From Candidatus Falkowbacteria bacterium (GTDB lineage: Bacteria > Patescibacteriota > Patescibacteriia > CAIXNZ01): DNA of 64,000 bases. The notes under the pieces were generated by a model. It made no database searches and had not been told where the DNA came from. It was given only the letters and a program-made list of their open reading frames with translations. The position numbers and the translations under genes were made by a program. Positions 52,088 to 62,100 of this stretch are shown here, in pieces. How positions within the stretch are numbered: position 1 is the stretch's first letter; every line of letters begins with the position of its first letter. Location of the stretch: assembly GCA_963774955.1 (NCBI GenBank), contig CAVZGV010000003.1, positions 256,771 through 320,770 on the forward strand. The letters run 5' to 3'.

Positions 52088-52235
52088 TTTTGGATAATAG
52101 TCATTATAAAAGCCCCTTATTTAAGGGGTTTTTTATCTAAGTTTAGATAAGTTTTTGTTGTTGATAACTCTACTGAATATATATAAATTGTGGTATAATA
52201 AATACAAGTAAAAATATCTAAAATTAAAGCAAATT

Positions 52236-55200
52236 ATGAATAGACTAAAAATAAAGCCATTAATTTTTTGGCGCTTTGTAAATGAAAAAGTAAAATTAAT
52301 ATTTTTAGGATTAATTTTCATTTTGTCCATAGCTACAGTTGGTTTGATAATAAAAAATATTATCAAGGCCGCTCCTGACATATATAGCGAAGATTTTACC
52401 ACTACAATTTTTTATGATCAGGAAAATACTACTGCCGATTGGTCCACCTCAATTGGCCAAGTAAGTGTTGCCAAAGAATGGGTTAAATCAGATGGCACAA
52501 AAACTTATTATGAAAATATCAGCCGGGAATTATACACTTCCAGAAATCCGGCTGTTGTTGTTAATAACAGTAATCAGCCATATATATTTTGGGAAAATGA
52601 TACGACCGGCAGTGGTAGTTATGATTATTATTTTACCCGGGGGAATTTAATTGCTGAGCCGGCTGATTGGCAGAAAATGGACGGGATTAGCGGTTGGGAA
52701 AATATTTCCAGTAATCCCGCCGGAGGTCCTGTTAATGGCAAGATGGCAATTGATTTATCTGATAAGCCTTATTTTGTCTGGCAGGAAGCAAATGACATTT
52801 TTTTTAGTTATTGGACAGGCAGTGCTTGGCGCGGCTTACAGAATCCTGCTGCCAGTTTTGATAATTTAAGCCAAAGCGCTGTTTTAGGCTATACTGCCAG
52901 TTTGCCCCAGATTAGCATTGATCAATGGGACCGCGTTTTTGTGGCTTGGCAAGGTAATACTGCTACTAGCAATGAGATTATGGTTACTATGTGGGATAAG
53001 TTAAATCCGGCAAATAGTAAATGGTCTTCAATAACTGGCAAAAATTATTGTCTGCACGGCAGCAATGACGGAACAGTTTGTACTGACAACAGCGTTTGTA
53101 CAGGCGGAGGGATTTGTGTGGGCTATGAAAATATCAGTAAAACTGATAAGAATTCTGCCAACCCCCGTTTAGCCATTGGGACAGGCTCTTTGCCTTATCC
53201 TCAACTTATTTGGATAGAAAATAACGGTACCTATAATCAAATCGTCTATAGCAAATGGACCTATTTTAGCAATACTGCTTTTTGCGGTAATTCTCAGTAT
53301 GCTTGTTGGACCAATATGGCTGGCACTGTTAAAGGTTTTGAAAATATTAGCCAGTGCGCCACTTTTAATTGTACTTATACATCAAGCGATAATTTTAAGT
53401 TGGATTCCAATGGGTTTCCTCAGCTTATTTGGCACACAGGACTTTCAAGTAATACTAGATTGAATTTTATTCATTGGGACGGCAGTCTGTGGTCTGGCAT
53501 GGCTGGTCTTCCGGGTAGGGAAATACCTGATCCGACACCAATATATAATAATGATTATAAATTGGCCATCAATCAAGATGACTATCCCCAGCTGGTCTTT
53601 TCCGCTGGTAGCACTAGGTCTGCTTTATTATTTATTCACTGGAATGGCAGCGCTTGGACCGGCATTAATAATGTGCCTGGCGTGGAGGTGGTTAGAAATT
53701 TTCCCGCCAGAGAGCCCAAAATAGTGGTTGATAATAATAATCAGGTTAATTTATTATGGTTAGATGATTCTGTTGATGATGGGCTCAATTATTTTAATGT
53801 TTATTTTACCAAAAGCAATAACAATGTTTGGACCAGATATTCAGGCAGTGGCAATTGTACTGTCGGCGGAGCGCTTTGTACCAGTGATTTTGATTGCAGC
53901 GGCAGCGGTTATTGCCAAAAAATAGGTTTTGATAATTTATCCAATACAGCCTGGAATAATAATAACCCGAATATCGCTATGGCTGAAAATGGTAATTTGT
54001 ATGTTGTTTGGTCAGCTGGTGATCTTAGTTATACTTTTAAGCCGGAAATAAACTTTACTTATTTGGACAGTGTTTCTAAAAGCTGGTCCGTACTAAGGCC
54101 CGGCGCAGAATCTACAACCACGCTTTTGGGCGAAAAACATTCTTATGCTACGAGTTTAAAAATTGCCACTAGTCCTTTGGCTCCTTATTCTCCTTATATG
54201 ATGTGGGAAGACGATTGCTCGGTTAGTCCTTATCCCACTATAAGTGATGAAAATCAGGACGATGTTTGTTTTATGCGTTGGGATGGTAATAATTGGGTTG
54301 ATATGAACGGTAATTTAGGCAATGAGGAGGTAACTGATAATTTTATAGAAAGAAGATTTTTTAGCAAATACTATAGTCCATTTAGAGGCTCTAATAATTT
54401 ATTATTTGACAGTTTGGGCAATCCTTATTTAATCTGGGTTGATCAACTGAGCGGTAGTAATAATAAGGATCTTAATTTGACCAAATGGAATGGGTCTTCT
54501 TGGGTCAATATGGATAACCAGCGGCGTTGTGTGTATGGAGTTAATGCCGGCAATGTCTGTTTGCTTGATCGCGACTGTTTTGATGATTTGGATTTAGCAG
54601 TGCCTCGCTCATTGACTGGCGACGGCCGCTGTATTTCTGACTTGTGCGACGGTGGTGTTTCGGATGGTTATGTATGCTCTAGAGACCTTGAGTGCATGGA
54701 TAAATTAAATGATGGTTATTGCACCGGTGTTGAAAATATTTCTAATGATCCGGAAGGAAATTATTTGATTACTGGCGATTATTATTCCCATCAAGCAGCT
54801 GTTATTGATTCGGCTGATAATTTATATTTAGTCTGGCCTGAAGAAACAAGTCCGGGCAATCCAGATGACATTTTTTTTACCAAATGGAACGGTTTTGCCT
54901 GGGTTAATATGGATGGCGTGACTTTGGGCAAAGAAAATATTAGTAATTCAGCTAAAGTCTCCTATAAGCCAATTATTGTTTTTGATAACTTGGCTAATCC
55001 CTATATTATCTGGCAAGAATCTCCCATTGGAACATATTTGTTAGATCCAGAAGTTTGGCTGACTCATTGGGATAGTGGCACAAATTCCTGGAAAAGCATG
55101 GATTTATCCAGCTCTATTGAGAAAATCGATGTTTTAGCCGGAGGCAGATCAACTATAAATGAAGATTCTGTGCAGTTCGATGGCAGCAATAGGCCGAATA

Positions 55201-58200
55201 TACTTTATAATTATTATGATGCATTTGGTAATTATAAAGTATTTTTTTTAAGATGGGATGGTTCTTCCTGGGTAGATATGGCTGGCACTGGCAGTTACGA
55301 TCAATTTACTAATTTTTACGATGGGCAATTAAAATTTGATAGCAGTTATAACCCCCACATTGTCATGGTTGATGAAATTAACAGATTGGTGAAATTTACT
55401 CGTTGGTTTGGCGGTCAATGGTCAACCATGGCCGGCAGTCCCGGGATAGAAACTATTATTGAAAATACCGAGCCTTATTCAGCGCCTATTTGGGAATTGG
55501 ATACCTTTGATCGGCCGCGTGTTTTTTGGATGGATGAAACTGAAGGTTATGCTATTAATGCTAGGGATGTTTTTTACACTCAGTGGAATGGAAGCGACTG
55601 GGTTGATGTTTATAATAATCCAGGTTATACCAATATAACCCATCATTATGTGGCGCCCATGTTAGATTTTGATGTGGTTAAAGACGGTAATGATAATTTG
55701 CATTTGATCAACAATAAATTCGAATATAATGTAAATTTATATTATTCCAAGTTAAGCGTGCCTACTGATTATTATCGTATTGTTCAGTCCTCCGATGTTT
55801 ACCCCGGGCCATTAACCGACATTGTTAAATCAGCTACTTTAACAACTGTAACTGATAATGCCGGCGGCAATGTGACCATTAATTACGCAGTCAGTAATGA
55901 TTATGGCAATACCTGGCTACCGGCGCCGCTGGGCACGGAGATAGTTTTTAACAGCGCTCCAACTTTGAAATGGCGGGCTTATTTGAAAACCACAAATGAA
56001 ACAATTGTCCCCACCATTAATGATTTAACAATCAATTATTCTACTTTAGCACCGCCAGTCGGTCTTTATTGCGGTGATGGTATTTGTAATAATGGAGAAA
56101 TATGTACAAGCTGTTCAGCTGATTGTGGAATTTGTCCGCCTCCGCCGATTATTCTTGTTACACCCGCTGGTACATCTGATACAATCTGTTGGGATAGTAT
56201 TCCTGAAGATCCGAGCGATGTTGTTTTGCCGGTATTACCGTGTACAGCCACAAGCCCAAGCGCCATCAGCTGGAATTTTACAGACAATGCCGTTTGTGAA
56301 GCCGGTTATCGTCTTTATGACGCTGCTACAGATATCAGAATGAAATATGTAGAACAGCCGAACCTGAGCACAATCGAAGAAACGGGCTTAGCCACCAATA
56401 TCCAATACAGCCGCTATGTCACAGCATATAACGCGGCCGGTGAATCAGGTTCAAATACAGCATTAAGCTGTTTTACCCTGGCTAAAGTGCCGAATAAGCC
56501 GATCATTTTAAGCGCCAACGAAAATGAAATAATATTGCAAATAGATCCTAATGACGGTAATCCCGTGGGTACAGAATATGAAATCAAGGAACTATTGACT
56601 AATCAATTTGTTCAAGCAGACGGAACCTTTGGCTCCGGAGAAACCTGGCAGACATATGCTGCTTGGGGCGGCGACAGCGGATTAGCAGTGATTGGTGAAT
56701 TGCCAGCAGCAGAACAACCGCTCTATGAGGAACCATCTCAACAGCCGGATTTGAATGCCGCTTTTCATATTAGTTTAACCGCCGGCCAGAATTATAGTTT
56801 TGCAGTGCAGGCCAAAAACGGCGACGGCATTCCGACAGGATTTTCTTCAGCCACAGGCAGTACTTCAGGCCCAACCGGACCTGCTCCCGTATTAGCACCG
56901 ATAATAACAGCCGCTAAAGGCGTGGCTATTAATTTAGTCAGAAACAGTAATTATAATGTCAATATTTTTGCCGCTGCCCTGGCTGAAAGCGGCTTTGGCT
57001 TTAATGCCAATACCAGTAAGACAGAAAGTCTGCTGCGGGAATTTTCATTGATTTTAAACCTGCTGATCCTGATATTGCTGGGCTTTTTGTCAGGCAGTAT
57101 CATCAGCTCCTTCAGCCATCTGGGCAAAGATTTAAACTGGCAAAAAAGACTGAAACTACTGGGACAGATGTTTGTGAAAGAGCCGGCAGTAATGTTCAGC
57201 GAGCAGGCGCAGCCTGATAAAAACGGGATTTACCAGATATCATTTGAAAAACACAAGCAAAGCCAGCTCAATGCGCAAAAACACGTCAAACGAGCTTTGG
57301 GTTTAATTGCTATTAAAGCCGTAGTTTTGGTCACGCTTTTAACCGGCTTGGCCGGAGTCAATCATTTGGGCAAAGCGCAAACAGCGCCGTATGACCAGAG
57401 CGGCACAGCAGTGAATGTTGGTGATAAGCTGAGCTATATAATTGAAATAAGCAATTCAGGTACAGCCGCGGCCAATGACGCAGTAGTTATGGATACGATA
57501 GACAGCAATCTGGAAAATTTTACAGTTACCGGAATAATTAATTGTGGTACATATACTGACAAGTCAACAGCAACAGTTTTAAACGTAGACGGAGTTGATG
57601 TGGCCGAGGCATCAACCTGTGTCATTACCTATACAGCGAAAGTAAAAACAGGCACAGAAGGCAATACTATTACAAATCAGGCTTTGGCCTTGGGTCCAGA
57701 CTTTGCCACAGTGACAACGAATATAACCATTAATAGTATAAATGCTGCGCCAGCATTAGTTTGCGGGAATAATAAATTGGATCCGGGTGAACAATGTGAT
57801 CCGACAGGTTGCGCCAGCGATGAACGCTGTGTTTCCTGCCGTTGCCAGCCAATCCCGCCCGCACCAGTCTGCGGTAACAGCATAGTAGAAACAGGGGAAC
57901 AGTGCGATAATAGTGCCTGCGGAGCAGATCAGATATGCAGTAATTGCGCTTGCCAATCCGTTATCCCGCCAATCCCGCCAGTAATCCCGCCGCCAGTCAC
58001 ACCACCAGGAACTCTACCGCCAGGAACTTTACCACCAGGCACCCCGCCGGGCACTTTACCACCATCGACACCTCCGGGCATACCGTTAATTACGCCGATA
58101 ATCAGTTCAATTTCAGGCGCTATAGACCAAATATTGCCGGAACAGTTAAAGGCAATTTTGGATAATCCGCAAGTTGAACAAACGAGCCAGAATATTGTAA

Positions 58201-59099
58201 CGCCGATACTTATAGCTTTGGCGCTATTAAATACAGTGCCTTTAATCTTGGCTTTGAGTATTTACCTGTTGCCGTATCTGCATCTGCTTTTCCTGGAGCC
58301 GTTATTAATTTTGTTCGGCAAGAAGAGGAAAAAGTGGGGCGTAGTTTACAATGCTTTAACCAAAATACCAATAGATTTAGCTTTGGTCAGATTGTACCGT
58401 AAAAATGATAATATGCTGGTGCAGACGAGGGTCACGGATAAGGAAGGCAGATATATCATCATTGCCAAAGAACCCGGTAAATATTATCTGAGCGTAACCA
58501 AACCGGGATTTATCAGCCCGACCAGATATTTGAAAGATGAAAAGCAAGATACAAAATATCTGGATCTGTATCACGGTGAAGTGATTGAAGTGACAGAAAA
58601 AGATGCGGTCATCACCGCCAATATCCCGTTGGATCCAGCGGAAAAGATGGTTTTACCGATAAAAGAGGTTGTCAGAAGTTATCTGCTCAAGAACTTAAGA
58701 TTAATTATTTCCTATATCGGGATGGTCCTGGCTTTGCTGATAGTGATTATTTATCCCACAGTAATAACCATTGGAGCTTTGATTTTGCATGTTATTTTGT
58801 TCTTGATTTTCCGCAGGATGATAGTGCCGGCCAAACCTAAACGTTGGGGCATTGTTTATGATGCCGAAAACAAGGCGCCATTACATCAGGCTATTGTCAG
58901 AATATTTGATACCAGATTTAATAAATTGCTGGAAACGCAGGTGACTGACCGTAATGGCCGCTATGCCTTTTTGGTGGGTAAAAATGAATACCAGCTGTTG
59001 ACTGAAAAAGAAGGTTACAAACCCAAAGAAGTTAAGCCTGTTGACCTGGTTAAAAATGAGGAGATTGTCAATCTGGATTTGGGGTTAAGTAAAAATTAA
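52236..59099 (+). CDS. Giant surface protein 3: expanded W-rich propeller head without the Kelch block, shared stalk/anchor
   Basis: 2287 aa; repeats of P.(I/L).W...(D/E).(F/Y)..W.G..W..M.G...ENIS; C-terminus nearly identical to protein 2; terminator at 59109-59135. Confidence 0.9.
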   Translation: MNRLKIKPLIFWRFVNEKVKLIFLGLIFILSIATVGLIIKNIIKAAPDIYSEDFTTTIFYDQENTTADWSTSIGQVSVAKEWVKSDGTKTYYENISRELYTSRNPAVVVNNSNQPYIFWENDTTGSGSYDYYFTRGNLIAEPADWQKMDGISGWENISSNPAGGPVNGKMAIDLSDKPYFVWQEANDIFFSYWTGSAWRGLQNPAASFDNLSQSAVLGYTASLPQISIDQWDRVFVAWQGNTATSNEIMVTMWDKLNPANSKWSSITGKNYCLHGSNDGTVCTDNSVCTGGGICVGYENISKTDKNSANPRLAIGTGSLPYPQLIWIENNGTYNQIVYSKWTYFSNTAFCGNSQYACWTNMAGTVKGFENISQCATFNCTYTSSDNFKLDSNGFPQLIWHTGLSSNTRLNFIHWDGSLWSGMAGLPGREIPDPTPIYNNDYKLAINQDDYPQLVFSAGSTRSALLFIHWNGSAWTGINNVPGVEVVRNFPAREPKIVVDNNNQVNLLWLDDSVDDGLNYFNVYFTKSNNNVWTRYSGSGNCTVGGALCTSDFDCSGSGYCQKIGFDNLSNTAWNNNNPNIAMAENGNLYVVWSAGDLSYTFKPEINFTYLDSVSKSWSVLRPGAESTTTLLGEKHSYATSLKIATSPLAPYSPYMMWEDDCSVSPYPTISDENQDDVCFMRWDGNNWVDMNGNLGNEEVTDNFIERRFFSKYYSPFRGSNNLLFDSLGNPYLIWVDQLSGSNNKDLNLTKWNGSSWVNMDNQRRCVYGVNAGNVCLLDRDCFDDLDLAVPRSLTGDGRCISDLCDGGVSDGYVCSRDLECMDKLNDGYCTGVENISNDPEGNYLITGDYYSHQAAVIDSADNLYLVWPEETSPGNPDDIFFTKWNGFAWVNMDGVTLGKENISNSAKVSYKPIIVFDNLANPYIIWQESPIGTYLLDPEVWLTHWDSGTNSWKSMDLSSSIEKIDVLAGGRSTINEDSVQFDGSNRPNILYNYYDAFGNYKVFFLRWDGSSWVDMAGTGSYDQFTNFYDGQLKFDSSYNPHIVMVDEINRLVKFTRWFGGQWSTMAGSPGIETIIENTEPYSAPIWELDTFDRPRVFWMDETEGYAINARDVFYTQWNGSDWVDVYNNPGYTNITHHYVAPMLDFDVVKDGNDNLHLINNKFEYNVNLYYSKLSVPTDYYRIVQSSDVYPGPLTDIVKSATLTTVTDNAGGNVTINYAVSNDYGNTWLPAPLGTEIVFNSAPTLKWRAYLKTTNETIVPTINDLTINYSTLAPPVGLYCGDGICNNGEICTSCSADCGICPPPPIILVTPAGTSDTICWDSIPEDPSDVVLPVLPCTATSPSAISWNFTDNAVCEAGYRLYDAATDIRMKYVEQPNLSTIEETGLATNIQYSRYVTAYNAAGESGSNTALSCFTLAKVPNKPIILSANENEIILQIDPNDGNPVGTEYEIKELLTNQFVQADGTFGSGETWQTYAAWGGDSGLAVIGELPAAEQPLYEEPSQQPDLNAAFHISLTAGQNYSFAVQAKNGDGIPTGFSSATGSTSGPTGPAPVLAPIITAAKGVAINLVRNSNYNVNIFAAALAESGFGFNANTSKTESLLREFSLILNLLILILLGFLSGSIISSFSHLGKDLNWQKRLKLLGQMFVKEPAVMFSEQAQPDKNGIYQISFEKHKQSQLNAQKHVKRALGLIAIKAVVLVTLLTGLAGVNHLGKAQTAPYDQSGTAVNVGDKLSYIIEISNSGTAAANDAVVMDTIDSNLENFTVTGIINCGTYTDKSTATVLNVDGVDVAEASTCVITYTAKVKTGTEGNTITNQALALGPDFATVTTNITINSINAAPALVCGNNKLDPGEQCDPTGCASDERCVSCRCQPIPPAPVCGNSIVETGEQCDNSACGADQICSNCACQSVIPPIPPVIPPPVTPPGTLPPGTLPPGTPPGTLPPSTPPGIPLITPIISSISGAIDQILPEQLKAILDNPQVEQTSQNIVTPILIALALLNTVPLILALSIYLLPYLHLLFLEPLLILFGKKRKKWGVVYNALTKIPIDLALVRLYRKNDNMLVQTRVTDKEGRYIIIAKEPGKYYLSVTKPGFISPTRYLKDEKQDTKYLDLYHGEVIEVTEKDAVITANIPLDPAEKMVLPIKEVVRSYLLKNLRLIISYIGMVLALLIVIIYPTVITIGALILHVILFLIFRRMIVPAKPKRWGIVYDAENKAPLHQAIVRIFDTRFNKLLETQVTDRNGRYAFLVGKNEYQLLTEKEGYKPKEVKPVDLVKNEEIVNLDLGLSKN
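56313..59088 (+). repeat. About 2.8-kb near-identical direct repeat (copy B; C-terminal module of giant protein 3)
   Basis: See copy A at 49301-52076. Confidence 0.9.
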
Positions 59100-59190
59100 A
59101 GTTTTCCACAAGAGCCCCGCGCTGCGGGGCTTTTTTATATAAAATGCCTGTATTTTATGTTATAATATATAAAGAAGGATAATTGATTTA

Positions 59191-62100
59191 ATGAACGAAA
59201 ATTTGCCAAATTATATGAGATATCTAAAAAACACTTCGGTTATTGCTCTGAGTGCTATTATAGTGTTGGTCTCTATTTTTATATTTATTTTTTTTCGTTT
59301 TCAACAGTACATAATTAGGCCGGTAAAGGGGCTGCCGTTAAATAACCCGATTATTTATGAGAATATTACTGGTGAAGTATTTGCCAGCGGTGATTTTAAT
59401 AATGATAATAAAGGTGATTTGGCGACTATCAGTTCCGGGGCTTTAAAAGTTTATTTGGGGACAGGGGCCAGTGCGTTTTCCGCTCCTTTGAGTTTGAATG
59501 TCGGTATAAGCAATCTTAATGATTTGAAAACTGCGGATATAAATAATGACGGTAATTTTGATTTAATTGTTGCAGCCCAAGGCAATACTACCATGGCAAT
59601 TTTTCTTGGCGCCGGTGACGGAACTTTTACTGCTGGTAGCGGCGTTAATATCGGGCTGGTAACAAAAAGTATTACTTTGGCCGATATAAATAATGATAAT
59701 AATGTTGATTTGCTGTATTTAGCAGATAATACTGCGAAGTTTTATTCTAGGCTCGGCAATGGCGCCGGCGCTTTCCAGGCCGCAACAGAATATACAGGGG
59801 TTAGCAACCAGAAATCTATAACCAGTGCAGATTTTAATAATGATAGTTATGCGGACGTCGCGATTATCGGTAATTCAGTCCAAATATTTATAAATGACGA
59901 TAATGGCGGATTTATTGAAGGAGCCAATTATATCCAATCAGGTTCAAAAATTATTGCCGCCGATATTACCAATGATAACTTTGTAGATTTAGTTTTTGTC
60001 GGCAGTAAGGTGGTGACATTAATCAATAAAGGGAATGCTTCTTTTATCCTGGGTGAAATTTATGATGGGAGTTCTTCTGTATACATTACGGGCACATCAC
60101 TATTTACAGGTGATTATAACAACGATGGAGAAAATGACGTCGGTGTTATTTTTAGTAATAAATTGTATCTTTATTATAACCAGAGTGTTTTATATATAAC
60201 TTATTTATCCCCGCCTGGCGTCTTTGTCGGCGAATCTGCCTTTACTTTGACTGTTAATGGCAGTGGTTTTAATAGCAATTCGATTGTCAGATTTAACGGC
60301 AATAATAAAACAACTGTTTATATAAACCCGAATCAAATAGAGGCAACGATAGCCGCCGGTGATGTCAGTGAAACTAGTACTAATGATGTTACGGTCTATG
60401 ATAGCTCCAGCGGAGTAGAATCCGTCATGAGGTTTTTTTATGTTATACCTGGATTTTTTGACGCTCAAAATTTTAGTACCGGCACTCAGCCAACCTCCCT
60501 TTACACAGCAAATTTAAACGGGGATAGTTTTCCAGATTTGGCCGTGGCTAATTCGGGCAGTAATAATATTTCCATAAAACTGGGCCGCGGTGACGGCATG
60601 TTTATACCGGCTAATCCAGAGACCATTGCTGTAAATAACCAGCCGAATTCAATCGCTGGCGGAGATTTTAACGGGGATACTTATATTGATTTGGTTGTAG
60701 CCAATAAAGGTTCTGATAATTTAAGCGTATTGATGGGTAACGGCTTGGGTGGATTTACTGCGGCGACGGCTATCACAGCCGGCAGTCAGCCGGAAAAAGT
60801 CATTGTGACTGATTTTAATAATGACGATAATCTTGATCTGGCTGTTGCTTGTTCCGGCAGTAATAATATAAAAGTATTTTTAGGTAATGGCCTGGGCGGG
60901 TTTGCGCAGTCTGAAGCTGATGCTGTCGGTACTCAACCGCGATCCTTAGCTTCTGCTGATTTTAATAAAGACGGATTTAAAGATTTGGCGGTCGCTAATT
61001 ATGGTAGTACATCCATTTCAATTTTATTAGGTAATGGTAACGGTACCTTCATGGCAGCAGATCCAGCGACAATTACGACTGGCTTACAACCTATTTCAGT
61101 GGCTGACGCTGATTTTAACGGCGATAATTTTCCTGACCTAATTGTGGCTAATTACGGTGAAAATACAGTCAAGATTTTTCTTGGTGATGGCGAAGGTCAT
61201 TTTGCAGAATCAGCTGAATTAAATACTGATATTCAACCGCGGGTTGTCAGTACACAGGATTTTAACGGTGATGATATTGATGATTACGCGGTAGTAAACT
61301 ATGGCGCAAATAATATGATCATGGTTTTAGGCAATGGTGACGGTACTTTTTATTCAGCGATTAATTATGATTTGGGGACTCAACCACTAGGTATAATAAA
61401 TGGTGATTTTAATAATGATAGCAGAATAGATTTTGCGGTCGCTAATAATGGTAGTAATAATATATCCATCATTTTAAAAAGAAAAATAATTGATATTAAT
61501 ATTTTAAAGCCTGAAAATCGTTATAATGTCAATTTATGGCCTAAGGGGCTTGTAAGTGGCGATATTGATGGCGATGGTTATAAAGATTTAATGGTGGTCA
61601 ATGAAGGACCAAATACTGTTAGTCTTTTACATAATGATAGAGATGGAACGTTCACAGCCCTATCAGAATTTGACGTAGCTGATAGACCTATTGGTGTAGA
61701 TTCTGCTGATTTAAACGCAGATGGCCGTGAAGATATGGTGGTAACAACTGGTAACAGTGCTAATTATTCTGTTTTTTTAGGTAAACCAGACGGAACGTTG
61801 CCAAATGTAAAAAATTATAACCTGCCGACTTATCCAAATGGTTTCACGGCTGGTGATTTCAATGGTGACAGTATTTATGATGTCGCCGTTTCTCTACAAC
61901 CGACAGCGGAAATTGGTCAAATAGGTGTTTTTTTAGGAAATGGTGATACAAGTTTTACTGCTGGTGATACTTATACTGTAGGTAGGTGGCCGAGTGGGGT
62001 AACATCGGGTGATTTTAATAATGATAATATATTAGATGTAGCTGTCTTTAATAGTTATATTGGAAATATTTCCGTGTTGTTGGGAAATGGTGACGGAACA

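Noticed and set aside
49301-59088. Diversity-generating retroelement template/variable repeat pair
   Set aside because: The repeat is about 2.8 kb, both copies are coding, differences include C/T wobble changes rather than being adenine-specific, and no reverse transcriptase is in the window
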